Shown in pieces: positions 10,078 to 18,477 of a stretch of DNA of 64,000 nucleotides; position 1 is the first letter of the stretch; the number at the start of each line of letters is the position of its first letter. Below the pieces are notes generated by a model that searched no databases, had not been told where the DNA came from, and saw only the letters and a list, made by a program, of their open reading frames with translations. Both the position numbers and the translations under genes were made by a program. The stretch is from Phycisphaerales bacterium (GTDB lineage: Bacteria > Planctomycetota > Phycisphaerae > Phycisphaerales > UBA1924). The stretch spans positions 38,004 through 102,003 of the forward strand of contig JARGPA010000009.1 of assembly GCA_029213305.1 (NCBI GenBank), in the 5' to 3' direction.

Positions 10078-10779
10078 TTGAGTGTGAGTGATTTTATACT
10101 ACTAGCCATCGCGTTGTTCTTCGCAGCCATCATTGGTGCGGGGATTGTGTTCTTCCTTGTTTCATCGCTCAAGCGTGGACGCAAAGGAGGCGGGGTCGAC
10201 AAAATCACGCTTCGCATGCTTACTGAAAGAGTCCGCTCTGTTGGGAAACTCGTTGGACTCGAAGTCCATGCGAAGGAAATTGCAACTGCAACGAGTGGAT
10301 GGAACTGGTTGCCTCCAATTCTGTTGAGCCAAGCAAAGGTCGCGATGATCTTCCAGTTTGAAAAACAGTACGCTGTCGAATTGGGCGCAATCAATGAATC
10401 CGATGTCGTTGATCTCGGTAACGGCCGTTTCCGTGTGACATTACCACCGATTGTTGGATCGCTTCGTTTAATGGATGTCGAACCGTACGATATTCAACAA
10501 GGTCGAGTCCTTGGACTTGTAGATGTGATCAATATGAACGCAGAGCGTCAATCGCAGTTGATGAGAACTGCACAAACACAAGCTGCAGAGTTGTTTGAGA
10601 AAAACGACGATCGATACGAGAAACAAGCACGCGATGCAGTTGAGCGCCAGTTGCATTCAATCGCGAAACTATTTGACGGTTCACTCGACATCCGTTGGCA
10701 TGAACAAGCCGTTCGCGAACAACCAAGAATCATCATGGATGAAGCACTCAAAACTGGTCCTGCTTTTGCTGGGAACTGA
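10078..10779 (+). CDS. Hypothetical N-terminally membrane-anchored protein (possibly DUF4230-like)
   Basis: 233-aa ORF with a TTG start (GTG at 10084 is also possible). It has a single N-terminal TM (FILLAIALFFAAIIGAGIVFFLV) followed by a soluble domain. The family assignment is only a recollection of overall architecture. Confidence 0.5.
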   Translation: MSVSDFILLAIALFFAAIIGAGIVFFLVSSLKRGRKGGGVDKITLRMLTERVRSVGKLVGLEVHAKEIATATSGWNWLPPILLSQAKVAMIFQFEKQYAVELGAINESDVVDLGNGRFRVTLPPIVGSLRLMDVEPYDIQQGRVLGLVDVINMNAERQSQLMRTAQTQAAELFEKNDDRYEKQARDAVERQLHSIAKLFDGSLDIRWHEQAVREQPRIIMDEALKTGPAFAGN

Positions 10780-10799
10780 GCTTATTGTGAAGTTTAGAG

Positions 10800-11648
10800 T
10801 TAGACCGCGCTTGGGTGCCAGATTGTTTTGAACTCAACGAACGGGTCAATCCAGTTTGGACCTTCGCATGATTCGTCATCGTTGAAATCAACATCCTCGC
10901 GGATCGTCACTCTCTTGAGATTATCCGCAGATCCAAGTCGAAGTGTTGTTCGATGATCATCGCTGATCCCCGCTGCATGAATTCCGATGAGATCGCGATG
11001 TGATCCGAAGTGCTCAACAAGCTCGTCTCGTTGGCCACTCAACATATTGACAATCCCCCCAGGGAGATCACTCGTTGCGATCGCTTCGCTCAGGATCATC
11101 GCGGGGACAGGGTTGGTTTCACTTGCGAGAACTACACATGCATTGCCCATCGCGATCACAGGAGCGATTAATGAAATCAGTCCGAGCAAAGAGGGTTCAT
11201 CTGGTGAGATGACACCAACAGTACCCATTGCAAACGGGATCGTAAAGTTGTGATAGGGGCCTGCAACTGGGTTAGTGCCGCCCATTATTTGTGCGTATTT
11301 ATCAGTCCATCCTGCGAAATGGATCACGCGATCAATCGCAGCGTTGACTTCGTGTTCGCCGTTCTCTCCGATCGCGTGAGCAAGCTCAAGTCTTTTTCCT
11401 TCCATCATTTCTGCGAGTCGATAGAGGACTTGCCCTCGAAGAAATGCTGTTGCATTCGCCCAACTTGGTTGCGCCTTATTTGCAGATTCGACTGCGTTTC
11501 GGAGATCCTTGCGAGATGCTCGACATACATGCGCGACGAGGTTCTGAGACGAATCATGAACTTCAATAGTCCTTCCCGATTCGGTCCTCGGAAACTTGCC
11601 CCCGATTGCGAGCTTGTATGTTTTGATGATTGGTAGTCGTTCAGTCAT
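10800..11648 (-). CDS. Aldehyde dehydrogenase-family paralog lacking the catalytic domain (internally shortened, 282 aa)
   Basis: The N-terminus (YKLAIGGKF...RASRKDLRNAVESANKAQPSW) and the cofactor-domain strand GNACVVLASE match the ALDH fold. After NLKRVTIRE the protein jumps to an ALDH-like C-terminal end (FVEFKTIWH). No catalytic Cys/Glu region is present. Confidence 0.65.
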   Translation of the reverse strand: MTERLPIIKTYKLAIGGKFPRTESGRTIEVHDSSQNLVAHVCRASRKDLRNAVESANKAQPSWANATAFLRGQVLYRLAEMMEGKRLELAHAIGENGEHEVNAAIDRVIHFAGWTDKYAQIMGGTNPVAGPYHNFTIPFAMGTVGVISPDEPSLLGLISLIAPVIAMGNACVVLASETNPVPAMILSEAIATSDLPGGIVNMLSGQRDELVEHFGSHRDLIGIHAAGISDDHRTTLRLGSADNLKRVTIREDVDFNDDESCEGPNWIDPFVEFKTIWHPSAV

Positions 11649-11700
11649 TGCTGCTCTCGTTTCGTTACATTCAATGTTGATTCATGTTCAAGAACCTGAA

Positions 11701-12201
11701 TCAGAGCATGTATTCCATCTCTATTTCATGCCTGATCGTGATACCGTCGAATCCAACATTTGGAATCTCAGACTTGAGTTTTCTCGCTTCATTGACCGCG
11801 TTTCGATACAACGCGATCATGTCGAATCCACGTCGTTGATAGAATCTCATTGCGGGAGTGTTGTCGTTGGTTGTTATCAACCACAATCGTTTGCACTCTG
11901 CTTGGCGAGCTTTATCTCTGATTGCATCTAGTAGGCATGACCCGATCCCGCCGTGACCTGCCATTGAGTTGTGAGTGACAATTTCGCATTCGCTATCAAC
12001 GATGTTGTATGTTAATAGACCAACTTCAGAACCGTCGCGTACAGCTACAACCCCTGGTAATGTATCTGCTTGAAACTTGTTGCCTCGTGTGACCTGGACT
12101 GTTGAACCCCAGTATTGGACGAGAACTCGTTGAACCCAAATTTTGTCTTCTGGTTTTAAGTCCCGGATATCGAATGAATGAGTATTTTCTAAATTCATCA
12201 T
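11701..12201 (-). CDS. GNAT-family N-acetyltransferase
   Basis: 166 aa. The acetyl-CoA binding region is GHGGIGSCLLDAIRDKARQAECKRLWLITTNDNTPAMRFYQRRGF. Confidence 0.8.
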   Translation of the reverse strand: MMNLENTHSFDIRDLKPEDKIWVQRVLVQYWGSTVQVTRGNKFQADTLPGVVAVRDGSEVGLLTYNIVDSECEIVTHNSMAGHGGIGSCLLDAIRDKARQAECKRLWLITTNDNTPAMRFYQRRGFDMIALYRNAVNEARKLKSEIPNVGFDGITIRHEIEMEYML

Positions 12202-12224
12202 GGTGTCTCCAATCTGAGTTTGAT

Positions 12225-13760
12225 TTACTTGCAGTACGCCATCAAGCCGTGGCGTCCACCCTCGCGTCCAAACCCGGATTCCTTGTATCCACCGAATGGG
12301 CTCGAAGGATCAAACTTGTTGTATGAGTTGAGCCAGACAATACCTGCGTCGAGTTTCTTCGCGACATCAAAGATCTTTGAACCCTTATCAGTCCAGACAC
12401 CTGCGGCTAAGCCGTACGGCGTGTTGTTTGCTCGACTGATTGCTTCTGAAGGAGTGCGAAAGCTCATCACTGCAAGGACTGGGCCGAAGATTTCTTCACG
12501 AGCAATCGTGTGACTCGGCTGAACCCCGGTATAGAAACAAGGCTTGCACCAATATCCCTTCTCAGGGAGTTCCGATTGACACACATCGTGCTGAATAGCG
12601 CCTTCGTCGTTACCAACACCGATGTATTTCCGGATTGTTTCGAGTTGCTCTTTGGAGTTGATCGCGCCGATATCTGTGTTTTTGTCCATCGGGTCGCCGA
12701 CGCGGAGGGTTGACATTCGATCATGGAGTTTCTCAACTACACGATCAATGATTGATTCCTGAACAAACAATCTTGATCCTGCGCAACAGACATGTCCTTG
12801 GTTAAAGTAGATCCCCTCGATGATTCCTTCGATTGCTTGATCGAGTGAAGCATCTTCGAAGATGATGTTGGCGCTCTTGCCGCCAAGTTCGAGAGTGACT
12901 TTTTTATTCGTTGGCGCGATACTGCGAGCGATTGCCTTCCCAACTCCAGTAGATCCAGTAAACGCGATCTTGTCGACATCACGATGTTCGACGATCGCCT
13001 TCCCTGTTTCCCCAGCGCCTGTGATGATGTTCACAACACCTTTGGGTAATCCAACTTCTTGACAGATCTGTGCAAATCTGAGTGCAGTGAGTGATGTTGT
13101 TTCTGCAGGTTTGAGGACAACTGTGTTCCCACATGCAAGCGCAGGAGCAATCTTCCACGCCATCATGAGCAATGGGAAGTTCCAAGGAATGATCTGGCCG
13201 CACACCCCGATCGGTTGTGGGGTTCGTCCTGGGAGTAGGTAATTGAGTTTGTCGGCCCATCCTGCGTGGTAGAAGAAATGCGCAGCCGCGAGAGGAATAT
13301 CTGCGTCTCGTGATTCTTTGATCGGTTTTCCGCCGTCGAGGGTTTCGAGCACCGCGAGTTCTCTGGCGCGTTCTTGCATTCTTCGAGCAATGCGAAAGAG
13401 GTATTTTCCTCGGTCTTTCCCACTCAGACCTGCCCATCCTGGGAGAGCGTCACGAGCTGATTGAACTGCTCTATCGACATCCATCACGGATGCTTCTGCG
13501 ATCATCGAAAGGGTGTCTTCAGTCGCAGGGTTGATGGAAGCGAACCGATTCCCGTTTTCGGGTTCGACGAACTCACCTCCGATAAATAATCCGTATGCGT
13601 CAGCAATTTCTGGGCGCACGGATTCAGGAGCAGGGGCATATTCAAATATCCCGCCTCCAACAGCGGCTCTGAGATCAAGCCGCGAAGCTGCGTTGCTATT
13701 TTGAACGTTACTCTCGGACCCATTAGTGGACTGATTCTTCGATTTACTCACGGTACTCAT
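12225..13760 (-). CDS. NAD(P)+-dependent aldehyde dehydrogenase (full length)
   Basis: 511 aa. Motifs are [19 protein letters not shown], the catalytic Glu context [12 protein letters not shown] and the catalytic Cys context [17 protein letters not shown]. Confidence 0.9.
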   Translation of the reverse strand: MSTVSKSKNQSTNGSESNVQNSNAASRLDLRAAVGGGIFEYAPAPESVRPEIADAYGLFIGGEFVEPENGNRFASINPATEDTLSMIAEASVMDVDRAVQSARDALPGWAGLSGKDRGKYLFRIARRMQERARELAVLETLDGGKPIKESRDADIPLAAAHFFYHAGWADKLNYLLPGRTPQPIGVCGQIIPWNFPLLMMAWKIAPALACGNTVVLKPAETTSLTALRFAQICQEVGLPKGVVNIITGAGETGKAIVEHRDVDKIAFTGSTGVGKAIARSIAPTNKKVTLELGGKSANIIFEDASLDQAIEGIIEGIYFNQGHVCCAGSRLFVQESIIDRVVEKLHDRMSTLRVGDPMDKNTDIGAINSKEQLETIRKYIGVGNDEGAIQHDVCQSELPEKGYWCKPCFYTGVQPSHTIAREEIFGPVLAVMSFRTPSEAISRANNTPYGLAAGVWTDKGSKIFDVAKKLDAGIVWLNSYNKFDPSSPFGGYKESGFGREGGRHGLMAYCK

Positions 13761-13780
13761 ACCCTATTCTAACAGCAGAT

Positions 13781-14476
13781 ATGCCTCATAGCCGTCCTAA
13801 CCCGAGTCCTGTTCTGAATTCTTTACTGATTCATCGAAAGTCACGCTCCAAAATGGCCGCTTTGAGTTCAATGAGCAACTCGCAAAACGATAATTCAGAG
13901 CAGAAACAAGGGTACCACACTCGGAACGAGTCTCGACTCGGGATTGACAATCTGCATTGTTGTAAAGGCCGAGTTGCAGATATCACCGGTTCTGGGATGC
14001 GAATGATCGTCGCGCCATCAGATCTACCAGAGATTGGAGATGTCCAGTCGTACACCTTCAGCGATTCAACTGATGTACTCACTATTTCAGGGACAGTGAA
14101 GTGGGTTCGTAAACCCACCGCGTTCACTCGTAGAGGGGAAGTCGGAATCGAGTTCACAAAGCTCGAACCAGAAATCCGAGATTCAATCATCCGTCTCGCT
14201 GTTCAAGGGAAGATCAACGATTCAATCAAATCTGACATCCACGTTATCTATCCAAATCTATACGCTGCACTCGAGATTAATCATCATGCTTCCCATGATG
14301 AAATACAAGCTGCATATCGCAAGCACGCAAAGCAATGGCACCCAGATGTCAGCAAAGCGATGAACGCAACTCAGCGATTTGAAGAAATTCAACAAGCATA
14401 CTCAGTGCTTGGTGATGAAACCAAACGTGCACAATACGATGCTCGTTTCTTCACTAAAGATCAGCAAGCTGCCTGA
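13781..14476 (+). CDS. PilZ-like domain fused to a C-terminal DnaJ J-domain
   Basis: RNESR (RxxxR) is followed by VADITGSGMRM (D-x-S/T-x-x-G), matching the PilZ c-di-GMP signature. The C-terminus LYAALEINHHASHDEIQAAYRKHAKQWHPDV...FEEIQQAYSVLGDETKRAQYD is a J-domain with an HPD motif. The start may instead be ATG 13853. Confidence 0.7.
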   Translation: MPHSRPNPSPVLNSLLIHRKSRSKMAALSSMSNSQNDNSEQKQGYHTRNESRLGIDNLHCCKGRVADITGSGMRMIVAPSDLPEIGDVQSYTFSDSTDVLTISGTVKWVRKPTAFTRRGEVGIEFTKLEPEIRDSIIRLAVQGKINDSIKSDIHVIYPNLYAALEINHHASHDEIQAAYRKHAKQWHPDVSKAMNATQRFEEIQQAYSVLGDETKRAQYDARFFTKDQQAA

Positions 14477-14481
14477 TCAGT

Positions 14482-15222
14482 TTACTCAAGGCCGCACTCT
14501 GGACAAGTATCTAGATTCTCGATTGCATACCCGCATGAGATGCAGAGGTTGTTTGATCTACGATATCTAATTCTGAGAAACCTCGGCGAGCAGTACACAA
14601 ACAAACAGATCAACGAATAAAAGAGCGTGTTAAGGATAAATCCAGACCATGACGGTCGGATTGGCATTCGATAATTCTCTGTTGAAATCGGCCACCACTT
14701 GGGGGTTTCGAATCCTGCATGTGTTCCTGCACGCTCGATTATTTGTTTCGAGTAACGATCAAAGAATGCTCGGCCTCCCCCAGGTGTCCACCCAACTGAA
14801 TCCCAATATTGTCCTCTCATAGGAAAGCCGAAACGATATCTTGTGATGTATACGGCGGAAGGTATCGCGTTGAGATCTGTAGATGTCTGAGACGCTGTCG
14901 GAGCGGCTGTGCTCTCGTATTGATATTCAATTCGATCAACGCCAAAGTCTGGGATAAACGAGATGAGTATTGAATCTGTGGTCTTGCTGAACGGGGTGTA
15001 TTTATATGCTTCTGTAAATGAGGGTGAAAGATCCCCGAGATACTTTGGAGCTTGGTCTTCATTCAAACTGAGTTGGGTGACATCTTCATCGTCCCCGGAC
15101 CAACTGTTCGGATCTTGGATCGTTGCCAACAAATAAGTGATAACGACATTTATCGAAAGACCAATGAAGAGTGTCACAAGAAAACATCGCTTTGAAACGA
15201 GTTTGGTATTGTTATCACGCAT
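14482..15222 (-). CDS. Hypothetical membrane protein with C-terminal CxxC...CPECG zinc ribbon
   Basis: ORF 14482..15309. The longest form overlaps deoC by 95 nt, so the start was moved to ATG 15222 (MRDNNTKL). It has an N-terminal TM (FLVTLFIGLSINVVITYLLA), a second TM near the C-terminus, and ends CISCGYAIENLDTCPECG. Confidence 0.55.
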   Translation of the reverse strand: MRDNNTKLVSKRCFLVTLFIGLSINVVITYLLATIQDPNSWSGDDEDVTQLSLNEDQAPKYLGDLSPSFTEAYKYTPFSKTTDSILISFIPDFGVDRIEYQYESTAAPTASQTSTDLNAIPSAVYITRYRFGFPMRGQYWDSVGWTPGGGRAFFDRYSKQIIERAGTHAGFETPKWWPISTENYRMPIRPSWSGFILNTLFYSLICLFVYCSPRFLRIRYRRSNNLCISCGYAIENLDTCPECGLE

Positions 15223-16132
15223 CTGAGAAATCATACCCAGCGGCATATTCACCCGTCTTGAGCTTTTGCATGCTTCTGAGAACATCATTGAGCAAGGAGC
15301 TCGCTCCAAATCGGAACCAATCTGGTGAGAGCCAGCCCTCGCCGAGGGTTTCGTTTACCATGCAGAGGTAGTGCCATGACTGCTTTGCGGTGCGGATCCC
15401 GCCTGCGGGTTTCATGCCGATTTTCTTGCCCGTATCTTTGTATGCATCACGGATTGCTTCGAGCATGACAAGTGTGACAGGCATCGTCGCAGCGGGGGAC
15501 ACTTTCCCTGTTGAGGTTTTAATGAAATCCCCTTCACGGATACATGAAATCGCGATATCGCTCGCTTTACGGACATTGTCGTAAGTCACGAGTTCACCTG
15601 TTTCGAGGATCACTTTGAGATGTGCATTCCCGCATGCTTTGACTACTGCTCGTATTTCATCTGCAACAACATCGTAGTGTCCTGACAAGAATGCGCCGCG
15701 ATTGATTACCATATCAATCTCGTCAGCTCCGTCCTTCACTGCTTGTTCCACATCGCGTACACGGATATCCAATGGGTACTGTCCTGAAGGGAATCCTGTT
15801 GCAACAGACGCGACATTGACTCCGGTTCCGTCGAGTAGTTCTTTCGCGTAGGGCACCATCGAAGGGTACACGCACACCGCCGCAACATGTCCGAGTCGAT
15901 GTCCAAGGATCTCTTCATCCTTTTCCCAAGGTCGAACTGCTTTGCGGCACAAACTCCGGACTTTCTCAGGAGAGTCACTGCCTTCGAGTGTTGTGAGATC
16001 AATCATCGACGCAGCAAGTGTGAGCGCTGCGAGCTTTGATTCTTTCTTAATTGAGCGAGTCGTGAATGACGCCGCTCGACGATCAGTCATGATTGCATCA
16101 ACAGTTGGGGATGTAGGAATTGACGGCGTCAT
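15215..16132 (-). CDS. deoC: Deoxyribose-phosphate aldolase (long form)
   Basis: 305 aa. Motifs are MIDLTTLEGSDSPEKV, VCVYPSMV, GADEIDMVINRG and the Schiff-base lysine context DFIKTSTGK. Confidence 0.88.
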   Translation of the reverse strand: MTPSIPTSPTVDAIMTDRRAASFTTRSIKKESKLAALTLAASMIDLTTLEGSDSPEKVRSLCRKAVRPWEKDEEILGHRLGHVAAVCVYPSMVPYAKELLDGTGVNVASVATGFPSGQYPLDIRVRDVEQAVKDGADEIDMVINRGAFLSGHYDVVADEIRAVVKACGNAHLKVILETGELVTYDNVRKASDIAISCIREGDFIKTSTGKVSPAATMPVTLVMLEAIRDAYKDTGKKIGMKPAGGIRTAKQSWHYLCMVNETLGEGWLSPDWFRFGASSLLNDVLRSMQKLKTGEYAAGYDFSDA

Positions 16133-16164
16133 ACTGATTGCCTTTGTTGATCAGATCCGGAGTC

Positions 16165-16674
16165 TTACTCGGATTGTGCGTTTGGTTCAGTCTTACTATC
16201 TTCGATTGGGAGCCCGGTGCTTTCCCACTCGTTCCAACCACCTAGGAAAACCTTGACGCGTTTTTTTACGAACCCGTTGTAACCTGCTTCGATCATTCGC
16301 TTTGCCATCGCGTGTGTGTTCGCAGTACCTGGGTTCTCGCCGTAGATAATCAAGTTCTTGTATCGATCGAGTGCAGGATCAGTCCCAAATCGCAAATCGA
16401 TATCCGGAGTTCGCAAGTTGCGCGCTCCAGGAATGTGTCCCTCGTGGTATTGTTCAGGTTTTCGAGTGTCGATGAACAGTGCTGTATCATCTTCTCGTTG
16501 TTGTTTGTCGTAGAGTTCGACCGCTCTCGTCAGGTCGATATAAGAGATCTTTCGATCCGAGATATTCGACTTAGCACACCCAATCAGAGATGAGCATGCC
16601 AAAACTGCGAGTGCAGTCACTAGAAAAGGGGGGAATTGTTTGTTTCGGATCGTCATTTGCATCTTTTTTCCCAT
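16165..16674 (-). CDS. Rhodanese-homology-domain lipoprotein, apparently lacking the active-site Cys
   Basis: Lipobox LACSSLIGC. Rhodanese motifs are LFIDTRKPEQYHEGHIPGARNL. The active-site loop position reads IIYGENPGT, with Gly where the catalytic Cys is expected. Confidence 0.7.
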   Translation of the reverse strand: MGKKMQMTIRNKQFPPFLVTALAVLACSSLIGCAKSNISDRKISYIDLTRAVELYDKQQREDDTALFIDTRKPEQYHEGHIPGARNLRTPDIDLRFGTDPALDRYKNLIIYGENPGTANTHAMAKRMIEAGYNGFVKKRVKVFLGGWNEWESTGLPIEDSKTEPNAQSE

Positions 16675-16777
16675 GTATACACAATAAGCATGTAGGCTCG
16701 GGTGTTCTGCTTAGAACAGTACTGAAGGTAGCAGAATCCATGATTTGCATCGGTGACACGATAGATTTTGGATCAAA

Positions 16778-17623
16778 ATGGAGTATGCGTTGAAAAAGTG
16801 GCCAAAACAGCTCGGAAAGTTATCAAAGATTTCCGCGTTCGTCGCCGTGTTCTCGTTGGGAGTCGTTTCATCAATGGCTGATGCACAGGAGAGACACGTT
16901 GAAGTAGTCGCACAGACAGAGCACGAAGGGGTCTATCCTGGGGAATCTGGACTACTTGCAGTGACATTTAAAGTAGACAAGGATTGGCACATCTATTGGC
17001 CGGGCATCTCAGACTCAGGATACGGCGTCACACTCAATATTCAAACAACTGGTCCAATCACACTCGAAGAACCTGTCTGGCCTACCCCTACTCGTTATAT
17101 CCAACCCGGAGAGATTCTTGATCACATCTATGAAGATGGTGCGATGGTTCTCATTCCGTTCAAAGTAGATGAAGACGCGGCGACAGACGATGCAATCTTC
17201 TTCGATATCGAAACCGATTTTCTCGTTTGTAAAGATATCTGTCTCCCTGGACAAGCGTCAAGTTCGACAACGATCACGATTCTGGATTCGTCGAGTGAAA
17301 AGATCGCGTCTTCAGCGAGTAAAGAAATCCGTGAGTTGTATGAGCATCGCCCAATCCCGTTCGATCCCAAAGCAGAAGATGTTCGTCTCCAATGGGCATC
17401 TAACGGTGCCGCAATCATGTTCCGCGATGCAACAAAGTTCGAGTTCTTTCCATCAAAGGAATGTACCGAGCTTTCGAATCCGATCGAAGACGCATCGGTC
17501 AACGGGAATCGAATGGTAATCAAGTTTGCAGAAACAGAGAATAAAGTATTGTCAGGGCGAGTTCGCGTCTATCAACTAGGATCAACTGTTGAATACGACA
17601 TCAATGTCCGTCAACCAGAGTAA
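16778..17623 (+). CDS. Secreted DsbD N-terminal-domain-like thiol:disulfide interchange protein
   Basis: It has a signal peptide and the motifs WHIYWPGISDSGYGVTLNI and FLVCKDICLPG, which are characteristic of the DsbD/ScsB N-terminal domain family. Confidence 0.7.
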   Translation: MEYALKKWPKQLGKLSKISAFVAVFSLGVVSSMADAQERHVEVVAQTEHEGVYPGESGLLAVTFKVDKDWHIYWPGISDSGYGVTLNIQTTGPITLEEPVWPTPTRYIQPGEILDHIYEDGAMVLIPFKVDEDAATDDAIFFDIETDFLVCKDICLPGQASSSTTITILDSSSEKIASSASKEIRELYEHRPIPFDPKAEDVRLQWASNGAAIMFRDATKFEFFPSKECTELSNPIEDASVNGNRMVIKFAETENKVLSGRVRVYQLGSTVEYDINVRQPE

Positions 17624-17656
17624 TAAATATAATCATCAAGAGCATCCTCAACTAAT

Positions 17657-18328
17657 ATGGAGAAACACATGCAACTCAATGTACTCAAAAAATCATCGAA
17701 GATCTCATTCGTATCCACACTCGCAGCGATTGGTCTAGGAGCAACAATGCTCGGAGCGGGTCATCTCGAAAACAAAAAAGAGACAGTTATGAACGCTCAG
17801 GTTGGTGAACTCGCACCAGATTTCACGCTCACAGATATCGAAGGCGTTGAGCATACTCTTTCGGATTACACTGCTCAAGGGCAGATTGTGGTTCTCGAAT
17901 GGTTCTCTCCTATGTGCCCATTTGTAAAAAAACACTACCGAGATGACACGAAGACAATGATCAACATTCAGAACGATTTCGCTGGAGAAGATGTCGTTTG
18001 GTTGCGAGTGAACTCTGCTAAAGCAAGTCATCCATCCGCGAAGGTTGAAACAAACAAGAAGACAGCAGAACAGTGGGGTATCACAACTCCGATCCTCTTC
18101 GATGCAAAAGGGACTGTTGGAAAAGCATACGGCGCCAAACGCACTCCTGAAATGTACATTATCAACAGTGCAGGCGTCTTAGCATACCACGGTGCGATCG
18201 ATAATCGACCTGACGCTGCTGCTCCGGGTGAAGTGAACTATGTTCGCAATGCTTTGCTCCAGACCGTCGCAGACGAAGCAGTAAGCGAATCGAAAACCAA
18301 GGCTTATGGATGTTCGATTAAGTACTAA
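17657..18328 (+). CDS. Secreted thioredoxin-fold (redoxin/TlpA-like) protein
   Basis: It has a signal peptide and APDFTLTDIEGVEHTLSDY..VVLEWFSPMCPFVKKHY, a thioredoxin-fold active-site region. Only one Cys is visible in that motif. Confidence 0.7.
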   Translation: MEKHMQLNVLKKSSKISFVSTLAAIGLGATMLGAGHLENKKETVMNAQVGELAPDFTLTDIEGVEHTLSDYTAQGQIVVLEWFSPMCPFVKKHYRDDTKTMINIQNDFAGEDVVWLRVNSAKASHPSAKVETNKKTAEQWGITTPILFDAKGTVGKAYGAKRTPEMYIINSAGVLAYHGAIDNRPDAAAPGEVNYVRNALLQTVADEAVSESKTKAYGCSIKY

Positions 18329-18362
18329 GAGTTGGATTTGACATCTTAATTGCTCCTCAAGC

Positions 18363-18400
18363 AGCACGCCTGTGTGTCATCCCCAGGCGTGCTTCTTTTT
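18363..18400 (+). terminator. Rho-independent terminator after the thioredoxin-fold gene
   Basis: AGCACGCCTG and CAGGCGTGCT form a 10-bp stem around an 11-nt loop (gtgtgtcatcc), followed by TCTTTTT. Confidence 0.6.
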
Positions 18401-18477
18401 AATCAGGTCAGCCCCCGCCGACATTTAGCCGATAGACTCTTGAGCAAATCGACCTCGCCCATTTTTCGGAGCCCTTC

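Noticed and set aside
12467-13723. Several alternative-frame and antisense ORFs (for example 12979-13437, 152 aa).
   Set aside because: They are embedded in the full-length ALDH gene, whose motifs are unambiguous. Their translations are Arg/Pro/Ser-rich low-complexity sequence.
14482-15309. The longest form of the zinc-ribbon membrane ORF.
   Set aside because: Its first 29 codons overlap the 3' end of deoC on the same strand in another frame. The ATG at 15222 gives a sensible N-terminus just before the TM helix.
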